DNA of 61,127 nt, filler included. It is 7 parts of 7 records of this genome, joined end to end, with 100 filler letters (N's around TTAATTAATTAA, not from the genome) between each part and the next. Parts side by side here need not be neighbours in the genome. Positions count along the whole stretch, not along the records: positions 33,200 to 48,149 come from SRR31156797_46591; positions 48,250 to 54,968 come from SRR31156797_46606; 5 more parts are not named here. One strand, given 5' to 3'. A program made the position numbers and the translations under genes. Positions 38,332 to 48,918 of the stretch are shown here, piece by piece. Every line of letters starts with the position of its first letter. Within the stretch, counting starts at the first letter, position 1. Below the pieces are notes generated by a model, which was not told where the DNA came from, did not search any database, and saw only the letters and a program-made list of their open reading frames with translations.

Positions 38332-39498
38332 TCAGTCGTCGGCTTCACCGTTCATTTTGCGTAGCAGGAACTCGCGTCCGACCTTGACCATGGATTTGCC
38401 GTCGTAGGTTACGATGTCGGCGGTGGCGTAGGTTTCGGACCATTTTTCGGGCAGGTAGGATCCGGTCCCGATGACGTCGATGGGCGCTTCGGCGTAGGCC
38501 ATGACGCGGCACTTTTCGACCCCGAAGCCGGACGAACAGACGATTTGCACCTTTCGGAAGCCGGCTTTGTCGAGTTCGTCGCGCAGGTGATAGACGGCCG
38601 CCGCCGAAACCCCCGTTCCGGTCAGGTAACGAAGTTCGGTTTCGTTGCGGTACAGGCGAAAGGCCATGGGTGCGTGTTCTTCCAGGACCGCGTAGGAACG
38701 CTGCGGGCCCAAACCTTCGACGAAGCGCCCGCCGTGAGTGTCGAGGCGAATGGATATCCGTCCCTCGGCCGCCAATTCCGGGAACCGCCGGCACACTTCC
38801 AACGCGTCGGATATCTCGCGGCCGAAGAAATCGGACAGGACGGTCAGGTTTTCCTCGGGAAACATCTCGACGAACATTTCGGATGCACGGAGCGTCGAAC
38901 CGGCATAGCCGATCAATCCGTGAGGCATGGTGCCAAGGCCCTGATCACGGCCGAAAAATGTGGACGTCGCATCGTTGGCAGTGCCGATGAAGCCGGTCGC
39001 CTCCTTTTCCTTCCTGGCGGCGGCCGATCCGACGGACGCCGCATAGGCCATCAGGGTTTCCATTTCCGTGCCGGCGCAATGCCGGGCATCCATGGCGATG
39101 AATGCGGTCTTCGGCATGTCGCAGCACATGGTGAAGGCATTGTAGGCGGCGACGCAGCAGGCCCCGAGTTTCTGCAGATACAGGGTCTCGAGGTCGACCA
39201 AATGGTAGAACGAGCCGGTGATATAAAGCAGCGGTTCACCGGCACCGACCCAATCGCCTTCGTCGTAGTTCAGTTTGATTTCGAACTCGGTTCCGCGCTT
39301 ACGGGCGATATCTTTCAACCAATCGACCATCAGGCGTGGCGTGAAAATGACCGGACGGCGCATGAACACGGCATAGGTGACCGTTTTGTCGCCGAAATGA
39401 CCGATGGCGGTTTTGGTTTTCAGGAAATAACGGTCCGTCCAACGTTCGACGTCTTCCGCGTCGGGGCCGTTGGCAGCCGGCTTCGGGATGTCCCGCAT
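38332..39498 (-). CDS. pncB: Nicotinate phosphoribosyltransferase
   Basis: TDRYF, MDARH, GTMPH, IRLDTHG, SSGF, IGTGS, ATADIV; near nadE. Confidence 0.8.
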   Translation of the reverse strand: MRDIPKPAANGPDAEDVERWTDRYFLKTKTAIGHFGDKTVTYAVFMRRPVIFTPRLMVDWLKDIARKRGTEFEIKLNYDEGDWVGAGEPLLYITGSFYHLVDLETLYLQKLGACCVAAYNAFTMCCDMPKTAFIAMDARHCAGTEMETLMAYAASVGSAAARKEKEATGFIGTANDATSTFFGRDQGLGTMPHGLIGYAGSTLRASEMFVEMFPEENLTVLSDFFGREISDALEVCRRFPELAAEGRISIRLDTHGGRFVEGLGPQRSYAVLEEHAPMAFRLYRNETELRYLTGTGVSAAAVYHLRDELDKAGFRKVQIVCSSGFGVEKCRVMAYAEAPIDVIGTGSYLPEKWSETYATADIVTYDGKSMVKVGREFLLRKMNGEADD

Positions 39499-39517
39499 TT
39501 CGAACCTCCCAACTACG

Positions 39518-40900
39518 TCACGAACCGGCAACGGCGCGGTTGCGCTTCTGAAGGCGATCGTCCTTGAGCATCTCGGCCAGGAGAAATGCCAGTTCCAACG
39601 CCTGTTTTGCGTTCAGGCGCGGATCACAATGGGTGTGATAGCGGGCCGCGAGATTGGCCTCGGTGATCGCCTGGGCACCGCCGACGCACTCGGTAACATC
39701 CTGACCGGTCAATTCGAAATGAACGCCGCCGGCGTGGGTTCCTTCGGCGTTATGAACGGCAAAGAAACCCTGAACCTCGGCCAGCATGCTATCGACATGC
39801 CGCGTTTTGAAACCGTTCGAGCTTTTCACCGTGTTCCCGTGCATGGGATCGCAGGCCCAAACGACCGACTTGCCTTCGGATTGAACGGCACGAACGAACG
39901 GCGGCAGGCGCCGCTCAACCTCGTCGGCACCGAACCGCGCGATGACGGTCAGACGCCCCGGTTCGTTTTCCGGGTTGAGCACGTCGCAAAGCCTGATCAA
40001 TCCTTCCGGATCGGCGCCGGGGCCGATCTTGGTGCCGACCGGATTGCCGATGCCGCGCAGGAACTCGACATGGGCGCCGTCGATATCGCGGGTGCGATCA
40101 CCGACCCACAGCATATGCGCCGATGTGTCGTACCAGTCGCCGGTCGTCGAATCGACACGGGTCATGGCCTGTTCGTAATTGAGCATCAAGGCTTCGTGCG
40201 ACGTGAAAAAATCGGTCTCGCGGATCTGCGGCGTCGTTTCGCTGGTCAGGCCGCAGGCGGCCATGAAAGCAAGCGTTTCGTCCAGCCGGTCGGCCATGTC
40301 GCGGTAGCGTTCGCCAAGCGGGCTGTCGGCAACGAAGCCCAGGTTCCACTGATGAACCTTGTGAAGATCGGCATAGCCGCCCTGGGCGAAGGCCCGAAGA
40401 AGGTTGAGCGTCGCCGCAGCCTGATTGTGCGCCTGCACCAGGCGCTCGGGATCGGGATTGCGTGCCTCGGGCGTGAACTCCATGGCGTTGATCATGTCGC
40501 CCCGGTAAGCCGGCAGGGTGACGCCATCGATGGTTTCGGTATCGGCCGAGCGCGGTTTGGCGAACTGGCCGGCAAGCCGGCCGACCTTGACCACCGGACA
40601 GGCGGCACCGTAGGTCAGCACCACCGACATCTGAAGCAGCACCCGGAACGTGTCGCGGATGTTGTCGGGATGGAACTCGGCAAAGCTTTCAGCGCAATCG
40701 CCGCCCTGAAGCAGGAACCCGCGTCCCTCGGCAACGCTGGCCAGGTGCGCTTTCAGACGCCGTGCTTCGCCAGCGAAGACCAGCGGCGGAAAGCAGCCAA
40801 GCCGATCCTCGACATCGACCAGCGATTTCGAATCCGGATATGTCGGAACCTGTTTGATCGGCTTTTGACGCCAGCTCGTGGGCGTCCACTTGTCGGCCAT
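39518..40900 (-). CDS. Class II DAHP synthase
   Basis: [36 protein letters not shown]. Confidence 0.95.
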   Translation of the reverse strand: MADKWTPTSWRQKPIKQVPTYPDSKSLVDVEDRLGCFPPLVFAGEARRLKAHLASVAEGRGFLLQGGDCAESFAEFHPDNIRDTFRVLLQMSVVLTYGAACPVVKVGRLAGQFAKPRSADTETIDGVTLPAYRGDMINAMEFTPEARNPDPERLVQAHNQAAATLNLLRAFAQGGYADLHKVHQWNLGFVADSPLGERYRDMADRLDETLAFMAACGLTSETTPQIRETDFFTSHEALMLNYEQAMTRVDSTTGDWYDTSAHMLWVGDRTRDIDGAHVEFLRGIGNPVGTKIGPGADPEGLIRLCDVLNPENEPGRLTVIARFGADEVERRLPPFVRAVQSEGKSVVWACDPMHGNTVKSSNGFKTRHVDSMLAEVQGFFAVHNAEGTHAGGVHFELTGQDVTECVGGAQAITEANLAARYHTHCDPRLNAKQALELAFLLAEMLKDDRLQKRNRAVAGS

Positions 40901-41010
40901 TACTGCCCTCTGCGTTCAGATCAATTCGCGGAATCAGAGCCTATACGCTGGAATATGGGAATTTTCCAGCAAAACCGCCGAAAAAAACGTCCCTCGCCGG
41001 TTGTTCGGCG

Positions 41011-42378
41011 TCATGCGTCCGGGTCGGGACGTTTGTCGCGCATGGTGACAAACTCCTCGGCAGCCGTCGGATGAATGCCTATTGTAGCATCGAATTGGGC
41101 CTTGGTGGCACCGCATTGAAGCGCGATTCCCAGGCCCTGAACGATTTCCGGCGCATCGATGCCGACCATGTGACAGCCGAGAACGCGATCGGTGGCGGCA
41201 TCGACGATCAGCTTCATCATGATGCCTTCATCACGACCGGTAAGGGTGTGTTTCATCGGCCGGAAACGCGATATGTAGACGTCGATGTCGCCGCGTTGCC
41301 GGGCTTCTTCCTCGGTCAGGCCGACCGAACCGACCGGCGGCTGGCTGAATACGGCCGACGGAATGTTTTCGTAATTCATGCGAATGGTTCTGCCGTTGAA
41401 CTGGGTCTCGGCGAAAGCCCTTCCTTCGGAAATGGCGACCGGCGTCAGGTTGATCCGATCGGTGCAATCGCCGACGGCGAAGATGCTGTCGACGCTGCTC
41501 CGGTTCCATTCATCGACAATCACCGCGCCTTTATCGTCAACATCAACGCCCGCCTCTTGAAGCCCGATACTTGCCGTGTTCGGGACGCGCCCGGTGGCAT
41601 ACATGACGAGATCGGTTTCAAGGGTCTGATCACCGGAAATCGACAGGCGATATCTGGACGCCGTCTTTTCGATGGCGTTGACGACGGTTTCGCGGCGGAT
41701 GGCTATTCCCTTTTTCTCGAGTTCGATGGCCAGGCAATCGCGCACATCCTCGTCGAAACCGCGCAGGATGTTGGATGCGCGGATAACAATGGTAACGTCG
41801 GCACCGAGGGCATTGAAGATACCGGCGAATTCAACCGCGATATAACCGCCACCGACAATAACGATCCGGCCCGGCAGTTCGGCCAGATCCAGTGCCTCGT
41901 TGGATGTGATGACATGTTCGATGCCCGGGATGTGCGGCATCGACGGCCAGCCGCCGGTGGCGACGAGGATTTTCTCGGCGGTTTTGACGGTGCCGCCGAC
42001 CTCGACCGTATGCGGATCTGTCAACACCGCATGGCCCCGCAATACCTCGACCGAATTGCTTTCGAGAATGGTCTCGTAGATCTTCTCCAGCCGGTCGAGT
42101 TCCTTGTCCTTCGCCGCAATCAGGGTTGGCCAGTCGAAATCCACCGACCCGATCGTCCAGCCGTAAGCGGCGGCGTCTTCGAAGTCGTGAGCAAAATGGG
42201 CGCCATAGACCAGCAGCTTTTTCGGCACGCAGCCGCGCAGCACGCAGGTACCGCCGATGCGGCTTTTTTCGGCGATGGCCGTGCGGGCTCCGAATCCGCC
42301 GGCCAAGCGGGTCGCCCGCACGCCGCCGGATCCGGCCCCGATGGTGATCAGATCGTAATCGAATTTAGCCATTGGCAT
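41011..42378 (-). CDS. gor: Glutathione-disulfide reductase
   Basis: GAGSGG, GGTCVLRGCVPKK, GGGYIAVE, IGIHPTAAEE. Confidence 0.95.
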   Translation of the reverse strand: MPMAKFDYDLITIGAGSGGVRATRLAGGFGARTAIAEKSRIGGTCVLRGCVPKKLLVYGAHFAHDFEDAAAYGWTIGSVDFDWPTLIAAKDKELDRLEKIYETILESNSVEVLRGHAVLTDPHTVEVGGTVKTAEKILVATGGWPSMPHIPGIEHVITSNEALDLAELPGRIVIVGGGYIAVEFAGIFNALGADVTIVIRASNILRGFDEDVRDCLAIELEKKGIAIRRETVVNAIEKTASRYRLSISGDQTLETDLVMYATGRVPNTASIGLQEAGVDVDDKGAVIVDEWNRSSVDSIFAVGDCTDRINLTPVAISEGRAFAETQFNGRTIRMNYENIPSAVFSQPPVGSVGLTEEEARQRGDIDVYISRFRPMKHTLTGRDEGIMMKLIVDAATDRVLGCHMVGIDAPEIVQGLGIALQCGATKAQFDATIGIHPTAAEEFVTMRDKRPDPDA

Positions 42379-42386
42379 AGGCAGTC

Positions 42387-43844
42387 CTAGGTATCGATAC
42401 CGGCCATGCAGAGATACTTGATCTCAAGGTAATCATCGACACCGTATTTCGAGCCTTCGCGTCCCATGCCCGATTCCTTGATGCCGCCGAACGGCACTTC
42501 GGACGTGGACAGGAGACCGGTATTGATGCCGACCAGCCCGAATTCGAGCCCTTCCGACACCCGCCAGATGCGGCCGATGTCGCGGCTGTAGAAATACGAA
42601 GCCAGCCCGAACTCGGTGGCATTGGCAAGCCGGATCGCCTCTTCCTCGGTCTTGAAACGGAACAACGGCGCCAAAGGGCCAAAGGTCTCTTCACGGGCCA
42701 CGGCCATCTCGGCGGTGACGTCGGCAACCACCGTCGGTTCGAAGAAATTGCCGCCAAGCGCGTGACGTGCGCCGCCAACCAGAACGCGGGCACCCTTCGC
42801 GGTGGCGTCGGCAATATGCTCCTCGACCTTCTCGACGGCGGCCATGTCGATCAACGGCCCCTGTTGGCTGCCCTCTTCCATGCCGTCGGCAACCTTGAGC
42901 GCCGCAACCCTGGCAGAAAACTTCTCGGCGAAGGCGTCGTAAACACCGTCCTGCACCAGCACCCGGTTGGCGCATACGCAGGTCTGGCCGGTGTTGCGGT
43001 ACTTGGAAATCATGGCGCCTTCGACGGCGGCATCTAGATCGGCGTCATCGAAGACGATGAACGGCGCGTTGCCGCCCAGTTCCATGGAGACCTTCTTGAC
43101 GGTACCAGCCGATTGTGCCAGCAGCACCTTGCCGATTTCGGTCGAGCCGGTGAAGGTGACCTTGCGCACGATCGGGTTCGAGGTCAGTTCGCCGCCGATG
43201 GCGCCGGCCGATCCGGTGACGATGTTGAACACGCCTTTCGGGATGCCGGCCTCTTCCGCCAGCACGGCAAGTGCCAGGGCCGAATACGGTGTGGCACTGG
43301 CCGGTTTGACAACGACCGGACAGCCGACCGCCAATGCCGGCGCACATTTGCGGGTGATCATGGCGCTCGGGAAATTCCACGGCGTGATCGCGGCGACGAC
43401 GCCGATCGGCTCCTTGATGACCAGAAGCCGCCTGTCGTTCTGGTGCTGCGGAATGGTGTCGCCGTAGATACGGCGGCCTTCCTCGGCAAACCATTCGACA
43501 AAGGAGGCGCCGAACCCGACCTCGCCGCGCGACTCGGCCAGGGGTTTGCCCTGTTCCGCCGTCATCAGTTGCGCCAGATCGTCCTGATTTTCCATGATCA
43601 GTTCGTACCAGCGGCGAAGAATGTTGGCGCGATCCTTGGCTGTGCGGCTGCGCCAATCGGCCCATGATGCGTTCGCCGCCTCGATGGCGCGACGGGTTTC
43701 GGCGGCACCCAGTTTCGGCACCGTACCGATTGCCGAACCGTCGGCTGGATTGGTGACCTCTAGCGTTTCGCCGGAATCGGCATCGATCCAGGCGCCATTC
43801 ACATAGCACTGTTGCCGGAATAAGCCGGAATTACTGATTTGCAT
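42387..43844 (-). CDS. gabD: NAD(P)-dependent succinate-semialdehyde dehydrogenase
   Basis: ITPWNFP, FTGSTEIG, MELGGNAP, GQTCVCANR, EETFGP. Confidence 0.93.
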   Translation of the reverse strand: MQISNSGLFRQQCYVNGAWIDADSGETLEVTNPADGSAIGTVPKLGAAETRRAIEAANASWADWRSRTAKDRANILRRWYELIMENQDDLAQLMTAEQGKPLAESRGEVGFGASFVEWFAEEGRRIYGDTIPQHQNDRRLLVIKEPIGVVAAITPWNFPSAMITRKCAPALAVGCPVVVKPASATPYSALALAVLAEEAGIPKGVFNIVTGSAGAIGGELTSNPIVRKVTFTGSTEIGKVLLAQSAGTVKKVSMELGGNAPFIVFDDADLDAAVEGAMISKYRNTGQTCVCANRVLVQDGVYDAFAEKFSARVAALKVADGMEEGSQQGPLIDMAAVEKVEEHIADATAKGARVLVGGARHALGGNFFEPTVVADVTAEMAVAREETFGPLAPLFRFKTEEEAIRLANATEFGLASYFYSRDIGRIWRVSEGLEFGLVGINTGLLSTSEVPFGGIKESGMGREGSKYGVDDYLEIKYLCMAGIDT

Positions 43845-43894
43845 GATTTTTGCCTCAATGGTTCTAAATAGGATCCAATAGACGTGGGATCCTT

Positions 43895-43928
43895 AGCCGG
43901 CGAGACGCCGCAGCCGGCGAGACGCCGC
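43895..43928. repeat. Perfect 17-bp tandem duplication
   Basis: AGCCGGCGAGACGCCGC x2. Confidence 0.9.
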
Positions 43929-44052
43929 GCCTCCCTTTCTCCCTCGTCCCGATTATTAATTGGATCAGGTACAAGCGCCCGTCAACCCGGGCCGGACTAA
44001 TATTCCGCAAGTTCGGCCATGGAAGTTTCCCCCGTCGCCGGCAAATGGATTT

Positions 44053-44672
44053 TCATGCCTCGTCTCCGTTTTCCGGCAATGACGACCGTTGCCCGGCTTC
44101 AAGTTCCGCGATACGACGCCGCAAAGGCGCAACTATTTCCGCAACCTGTTCTTCCGTGTATTTGGGGGTATATGCTGCGGGCAATTGACGTCCCAGACCG
44201 TGACATCGAAGACGATGGCGCGTTCAACGTTGGCGCCGTAGTCGGAATCGGCGAGCGTTGCCAGAATGTCGGCGTCGTCCTCAACCACCCGGGCACGGCC
44301 CCAGATTTTGATCCGGCGGCGGTTGGCATAATCCATCAGGAAGATATAGGCCTTGTCGTTCTCCGAGAGGTTTCCGACCGAGATATATTGCCGGTTTCCT
44401 GAGAAGTCGGCGAAGGCAAGAGTGTGTTCGTCCACCACCTTGAGAAAACCCGGATTACCGCCCCGGTGTTGGATATAGGGCTGGCCATCGGCATTGGCGG
44501 TGGCGAGATAGAAGGAATCGCGCTCGGCAATGAAGCGCGCGAAATCTTCGGTCACGGTTTCCCGCCAACCGCCCTTTTTTTCCATCCTTTCGTATCCCCG
44601 GCGCAATCCTTTCGATTTCTGGACCTTCTTTACCGCCGAGGTAAAGGCAATATCACTGTTGGCGGCGCTCAT
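44053..44672 (-). CDS. Pyridoxamine 5'-phosphate oxidase-like FMN-binding protein, apparent frameshift near 3' end
   Basis: FYLATA..GQPYIQHRGG, ADFSGNRQYIS, WDVNCPQHI; called frame stops at 44133 while a natural-looking tail continues in another frame to 44053. Confidence 0.8.
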
Positions 44673-44714
44673 CGTTGCCTCCCCATTCCGGTTGCATGTC
44701 TACTGAATTGGATT

Positions 44715-44736
44715 AAATAGACAGATCTGTATATTT
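44715..44736. promoter_or_regulatory. Candidate TetR operator 1
   Basis: AAATAGACAGATCTGTATATTT near-perfect palindrome between divergent genes. Confidence 0.7.
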
Positions 44737-44840
44737 TTGCAAGGTGCAGGAGGAGAAAATTCTTTCAGCCCGTTGTTTTCGAAATATCACATATATTCCA
44801 CCTATAAATGGTTCTTGCGCAACCTATCGAAGAGGATAAT

Positions 44841-44854
44841 ATACAGACTTGTAT
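44841..44854. promoter_or_regulatory. Candidate TetR operator 2
   Basis: ATACAGACTTGTAT, same core as operator 1, 20 nt before tetR ATG. Confidence 0.6.
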
Positions 44855-44873
44855 GTTTTTATGGACACGCGAT

Positions 44874-45437
44874 ATGGCCACAGGAAAACGTGAACATTTG
44901 ATCGACACCGCGCTTGAGCTTTTCCTCGAAAACGGGTTTCACGCGACCGGAATCGATCGCATCCTGGCGGAAGCGGGCGTCGCCAAAATGACCCTGTACA
45001 AGCACTTCAGGTCCAAGGACGATCTGATCCTGGCAACGCTGAAGCGCCGCGATGAACGCTTTCTCGACTGGTTCACAAATGCCGTCGAACGCCGTGGCAA
45101 TACACCGCGCGATCACCTGTTGGGCATCTTCGACGCCCTCGGCGAATGGTTTGGCTCCAAGGATTTCCGGGGATGCATGTTCATCAACGCATCCGCCGAG
45201 TTTGGTCGCCAGGACGACCCGGTCCATAAGGCCGCACGGGAACACAAGCGACTGGTCCACAATTATGTTCGGGGATTGGCCGCCGCCGCCGGCGCCAGTG
45301 ACGCCGAAACCTTGGCAAAGGGTCTGACCCTTCTGATGGAAGGCGCCATTGTCATGGCCCATGTTGCCGACGAGCCGGATTCGGCCATTCAAGCAAAAAA
45401 AGCTGCCGAGACCCTGCTCGCCCGGGCTGGGATCTGA
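44874..45437 (+). CDS. TetR/AcrR family transcriptional regulator
   Basis: GFHATGIDRILAEAGVAKMTLYKHFRSKDDL HTH; FRGCMFIN. Confidence 0.94.
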   Translation: MATGKREHLIDTALELFLENGFHATGIDRILAEAGVAKMTLYKHFRSKDDLILATLKRRDERFLDWFTNAVERRGNTPRDHLLGIFDALGEWFGSKDFRGCMFINASAEFGRQDDPVHKAAREHKRLVHNYVRGLAAAAGASDAETLAKGLTLLMEGAIVMAHVADEPDSAIQAKKAAETLLARAGI

Positions 45438-45519
45438 TCCTTACCGGCTGTCGGAAAACCGGATTTTTTCATCAAATATCAGCCGAATCGACGTCACGGA
45501 TGCTCAAACTCCCGTGAAA

Positions 45520-45535
45520 TGTGATCTGTATCACG
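45520..45535. promoter_or_regulatory. CRP/FNR-family-like binding site
   Basis: TGTGA-tctgta-TCACG versus consensus TGTGA-N6-TCACA. Confidence 0.5.
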
Positions 45536-45649
45536 TAATTTTTTTGAGAATGATAATAAACTACAAAAACGGATGGCCATTCCTCTGATTGGCCGGAGCC
45601 TATCCGGAACCTGGCCCTCCCATAACCCTTTTGGAAAGGAGTGGGACCC

Positions 45650-46006
45650 ATGCGTAAGAAATTTGAGACCCGCGATCCGCCAAGGAAAGGATTCGCCCTG
45701 TTTGCCGGCGCCGCGGCGTTGGCCACGTCCCTCCTCTTTGGCGCATCCGTGCCGGCATCGGCACAGACCGCGTGCGCCCAGCACGCGGACATCGTAAAGC
45801 AGCTTTCGGGCAAACATTCGGAATCTCCCGTCGGCATCGGGCTCGCCAGCAACGGCGGGATCGTCCAGATCTTTTCGTCCAAGGACGGCGCCACCTGGAC
45901 CATCGTCATGACCATGCCCAGCGGCGTTTCCTGCCTGATGGCAGCCGGCGAATCCTGGGAAAACATCCAGCCGGAACTGTTCGGCGTTAAAGGCCCGAAG
46001 GTATAG
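45650..46006 (+). CDS. Small exported hypothetical protein
   Basis: AGGAG RBS, hydrophobic signal with ASA site, two Cys, TWTIV..GVSCLMAAGESW. Confidence 0.72.
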   Translation: MRKKFETRDPPRKGFALFAGAAALATSLLFGASVPASAQTACAQHADIVKQLSGKHSESPVGIGLASNGGIVQIFSSKDGATWTIVMTMPSGVSCLMAAGESWENIQPELFGVKGPKV

Positions 46007-46053
46007 CCCAACCCGTTTATCGCGCCGTTTCGACAGCGGCAATGACGGCGGCG

Positions 46054-46971
46054 CTATTCGGCCGGGAAGTTTTCCCGCCAGTGCCGGGCAATATCGATCC
46101 GCCGCGCCACCCAGACCTTGTCGTGCTTCATGACGTAGTCAAGGAAGCGCTTTAACGCCTGGATACGGGCCGGCCGTCCGACCAACCGGCAATGCAGGCC
46201 GATGGAGAGCATCTTCGGTGCCTCCGCCCCTTCCTCATAGAGCGCGTCGAAGGCGTCCTTGAGATAGGTGAAATACTGTTCGCCTGAGTTGAAGCCCTGC
46301 ATGGCGGCGAAGCGCATGTCGTTGGTGTCCAGCGTGTAGGGCACGACCAGATGCGGCGCATCCACAACCCGGCTCCAGAACGGCAGGTCGTCGGAATAGT
46401 CGTCGGCGTCGTACAGGAAGCCGCCCTCTTCGGCAACCAGGGCGCGGGTGTTTTCGCTGGTCCGCCCGGTATACCAGCCGAGCGGGCGCTCGCCGGTAAC
46501 GCTTTTCTGAATTTCGATGGCGCGCTGCATGTGTTCCCGCTCTTCGGCAATGGGCATGCCGTGGTAGTTGATCCAGCGATATCCGTGCGAACAGATCTCG
46601 TGGCCATCCTTCATGGCGGCCAGGACCGGTTCCGGATTGCGCTCCATCGCCATTCCGACGGCAAAGGCGGTCAGCGGCAACTGGCGTTCCCGGAACACGC
46701 GCAACACCCGCCAGACACCGGCCCGGCTGCCATACTCGTAGAGGGATTCCATACTCATATGCCGGGCGCCCTCGAAGGCAGCGGCGCCGATAATCTCGGA
46801 CAGGAAGGTTTCCGACGCGGCGTCGCCGTGCAATACGCAGTTTTCGCCGCCCTCTTCGATGTTGAGGACGAACTGCAAAGCGACCCGGGCGCCGCCCGGC
46901 CATTTCGGATCCGGCGGGGTAGCGCCGTATCCGATCAAATCGCGAGGGTAGTCCGCCATCGTCTCAGTCAT
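46054..46971 (-). CDS. puuE: Allantoinase PuuE (polysaccharide deacetylase fold)
   Basis: YPRDLIGYG, EEGGE, ESLYEYGSRAG, HGYRW, GWYTGR, GLHCRLVGRP. Confidence 0.95.
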   Translation of the reverse strand: MTETMADYPRDLIGYGATPPDPKWPGGARVALQFVLNIEEGGENCVLHGDAASETFLSEIIGAAAFEGARHMSMESLYEYGSRAGVWRVLRVFRERQLPLTAFAVGMAMERNPEPVLAAMKDGHEICSHGYRWINYHGMPIAEEREHMQRAIEIQKSVTGERPLGWYTGRTSENTRALVAEEGGFLYDADDYSDDLPFWSRVVDAPHLVVPYTLDTNDMRFAAMQGFNSGEQYFTYLKDAFDALYEEGAEAPKMLSIGLHCRLVGRPARIQALKRFLDYVMKHDKVWVARRIDIARHWRENFPAE

Positions 46972-47079
46972 TTCCCATCCCTTTCTTCAATAAGTGTTTT
47001 GGATCGGCAGAAGGGGCCAGCGCACGGATTCTTCCGTGCGCTGGAGTCGTTACTTCTTCGGTCCAAAATCTACTTTTAT

Positions 47080-48149
47080 TTATTCGGCCTCGGCCGGAGC
47101 TTCCGCGCCAGCAGTCTTGGGCATGATCACGTAGTAGAAGAACGCACCCAAAACGGCACCGATAACCCAAGCATAACCCGACAGGAAGGCCAGCGCCTCA
47201 AGCCGGGCCGCGGAGATCGAGAAGATCGCGGCCAGACCGAAGGCAATCAACGCCTTCTTGTTCCAGCCTTTGTCGTAATAGTACTTGCCGCTGGGATCGG
47301 ACGAGAACAGCTGCTGGATGTCCAGTTTCTGCTGCTTCACCAGATAATAGTCGGTGATCATGATGCCGTAGACCGGCGCCAGGATCGCGCCCAAGATGTT
47401 AACGAAGCCGCCGATGCCGATGGAACTGATAACCGAAACCCAAAGGGCGCCGATCGGGAAGGCGACGACGGCGGTGATCAACCCGCCGATTTTGAAGTTG
47501 ATCTTGCTCGGCCACAGGTTGGCAAGGTCGTATGCCGGCGGCACGAAGTTGGCAACCAGGTTGATGCCGACGGTCGCGGCGAAGAAAGTCACAGCGGCAA
47601 TGATCGTCAACGGCAGGGCATCGACCTTCTCGATGATGTCGGCCGGATTGGTCAATTTTTCACCGAACAGCACGACCGTTCCCGCCGTCACGAACAGCGC
47701 GATGAACGAGAAGAAGGCGACGTTCAGCGGCAGACCAAGGAAGTTGCCCAACTTCATGTCCTTCTGCGTCTTCACGAAACGCGAGAAATCGCCGTAGTTG
47801 ATGACGACCGCGGCAAAGTAGGCGATCATCGTGCCGGTAATGGCCAGAAATGCCGCGAAGGAACCGTGCTCGTAAGGTTCGCCGCCACTGAAGATAGCAC
47901 CGACTTCCGACATCAGACCGCCGCCGGCCTTGACCCAGATGATGATCATCAGAGTGATCATGACCACGTAAACGAACGGACCGGCGAAGTTCAGGAAGCC
48001 CTTGATCCAATCGATACCGCGCCAGAACATGTAGATCTGGAACAACCACACGACGACGTAGGAGAACCAGTCGACGCCGGCCATGCCAAGGACGCCCTCT
48101 CCACCTTCGAGGCCGAACAACGCCTTGAGCATCAGAGACAAGGCGGTCG
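47080..48149 (-). CDS. NCS1 family nucleobase:cation symporter (5'-truncated)
   Basis: NYGDFSRF, INLVANF, GAILAPVYGIMITDYY, GWN; upstream of puuE. Confidence 0.92.
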
Positions 48150-48249
48150 NNNNNNNNNNNNNNNNNNNNNNNNNNNNNNNNNNNNNNNNNNNNTTAATTA
48201 ATTAANNNNNNNNNNNNNNNNNNNNNNNNNNNNNNNNNNNNNNNNNNNN
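48150..48249. other. Artificial contig spacer
   Basis: N-runs around TTAATTAATTAA. Confidence 0.98.
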
Positions 48250-48821
48250 AGTGGTACGGGGCCGATGTGTCCAACGAAGAAGAAGTAACCGCTGTGGTGA
48301 ATACAATCATCGAAGAGGCCGGAGCACTGGATATCCTCGTTAACAACGCCGGAATCACCCGGGACGGTCTCTCATTCAGAATGTCCTCGGAGGACTGGGA
48401 AAAGGTTATGAGGGTCAACCTCTTTTCCGCCTTCTACATAACCAAACCCGTATCCCATAAAATGGTTCGAACCAAAAAAGGTTCGATCATCAATATTTCA
48501 TCTGTTGTGGGTGTTACCGGAAATGCCGGTCAGGTCAACTACGCCGCCTCCAAAGCAGGGCTGATCGGATATACGAAATCCCTGGCAAAGGAAACGGGTT
48601 CCAGAGGTATCAGGGTCAACGCCATTGCTCCCGGTTTTATCTCTACAGAGATGACCGATGCCATGAACGACAAGGCCAAAGAGAGCTTGAAGGGAATCAT
48701 TCCCATGGGAAGAGCAGGAGAGGCCGACGAAATCGCCGATGCCTGTGTCTTCCTGGGTTCTGATATGTCCGCCTACATCACAGGTCAGGTCCTGGGTGTC
48801 GACGGCGGAATGGCAATGTAG
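48250..48821 (+). CDS. fabG: 3-oxoacyl-ACP reductase (5'-truncated)
   Basis: LVNNAGITRD, GNAGQVNYAASKAG, APGFIST, VDGG. Confidence 0.93.
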
Positions 48822-48918
48822 AGTTTGCCCCTCCGGGAGCAAAGACCAGGGGAGATTTTTGTACAAAGTGCTGAATCTCCAGGATTTATGTTGATACGAA
48901 AGTAGTTAGGAGAAAGAA

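Noticed and set aside
39470-42390. Long plus-strand ORFs of 534 aa and 439 aa
   Set aside because: Antisense to DAHP synthase and gor, which carry full family motifs.
43997-44056. 19-codon ORF MKIHLPATGETSMAELAEY overlapping the flavoprotein's alternative stop
   Set aside because: Too short, with no recognisable homology; may be a remnant but cannot be supported.
46351-48201. 616-aa plus-strand ORF
   Set aside because: Antisense to puuE and NCS1 and runs into the N-spacer.
48822-48918. Missing acpP between fabG and fabF
   Set aside because: The gap is too short for ACP, and acpP can lie elsewhere; not informative from one contig.
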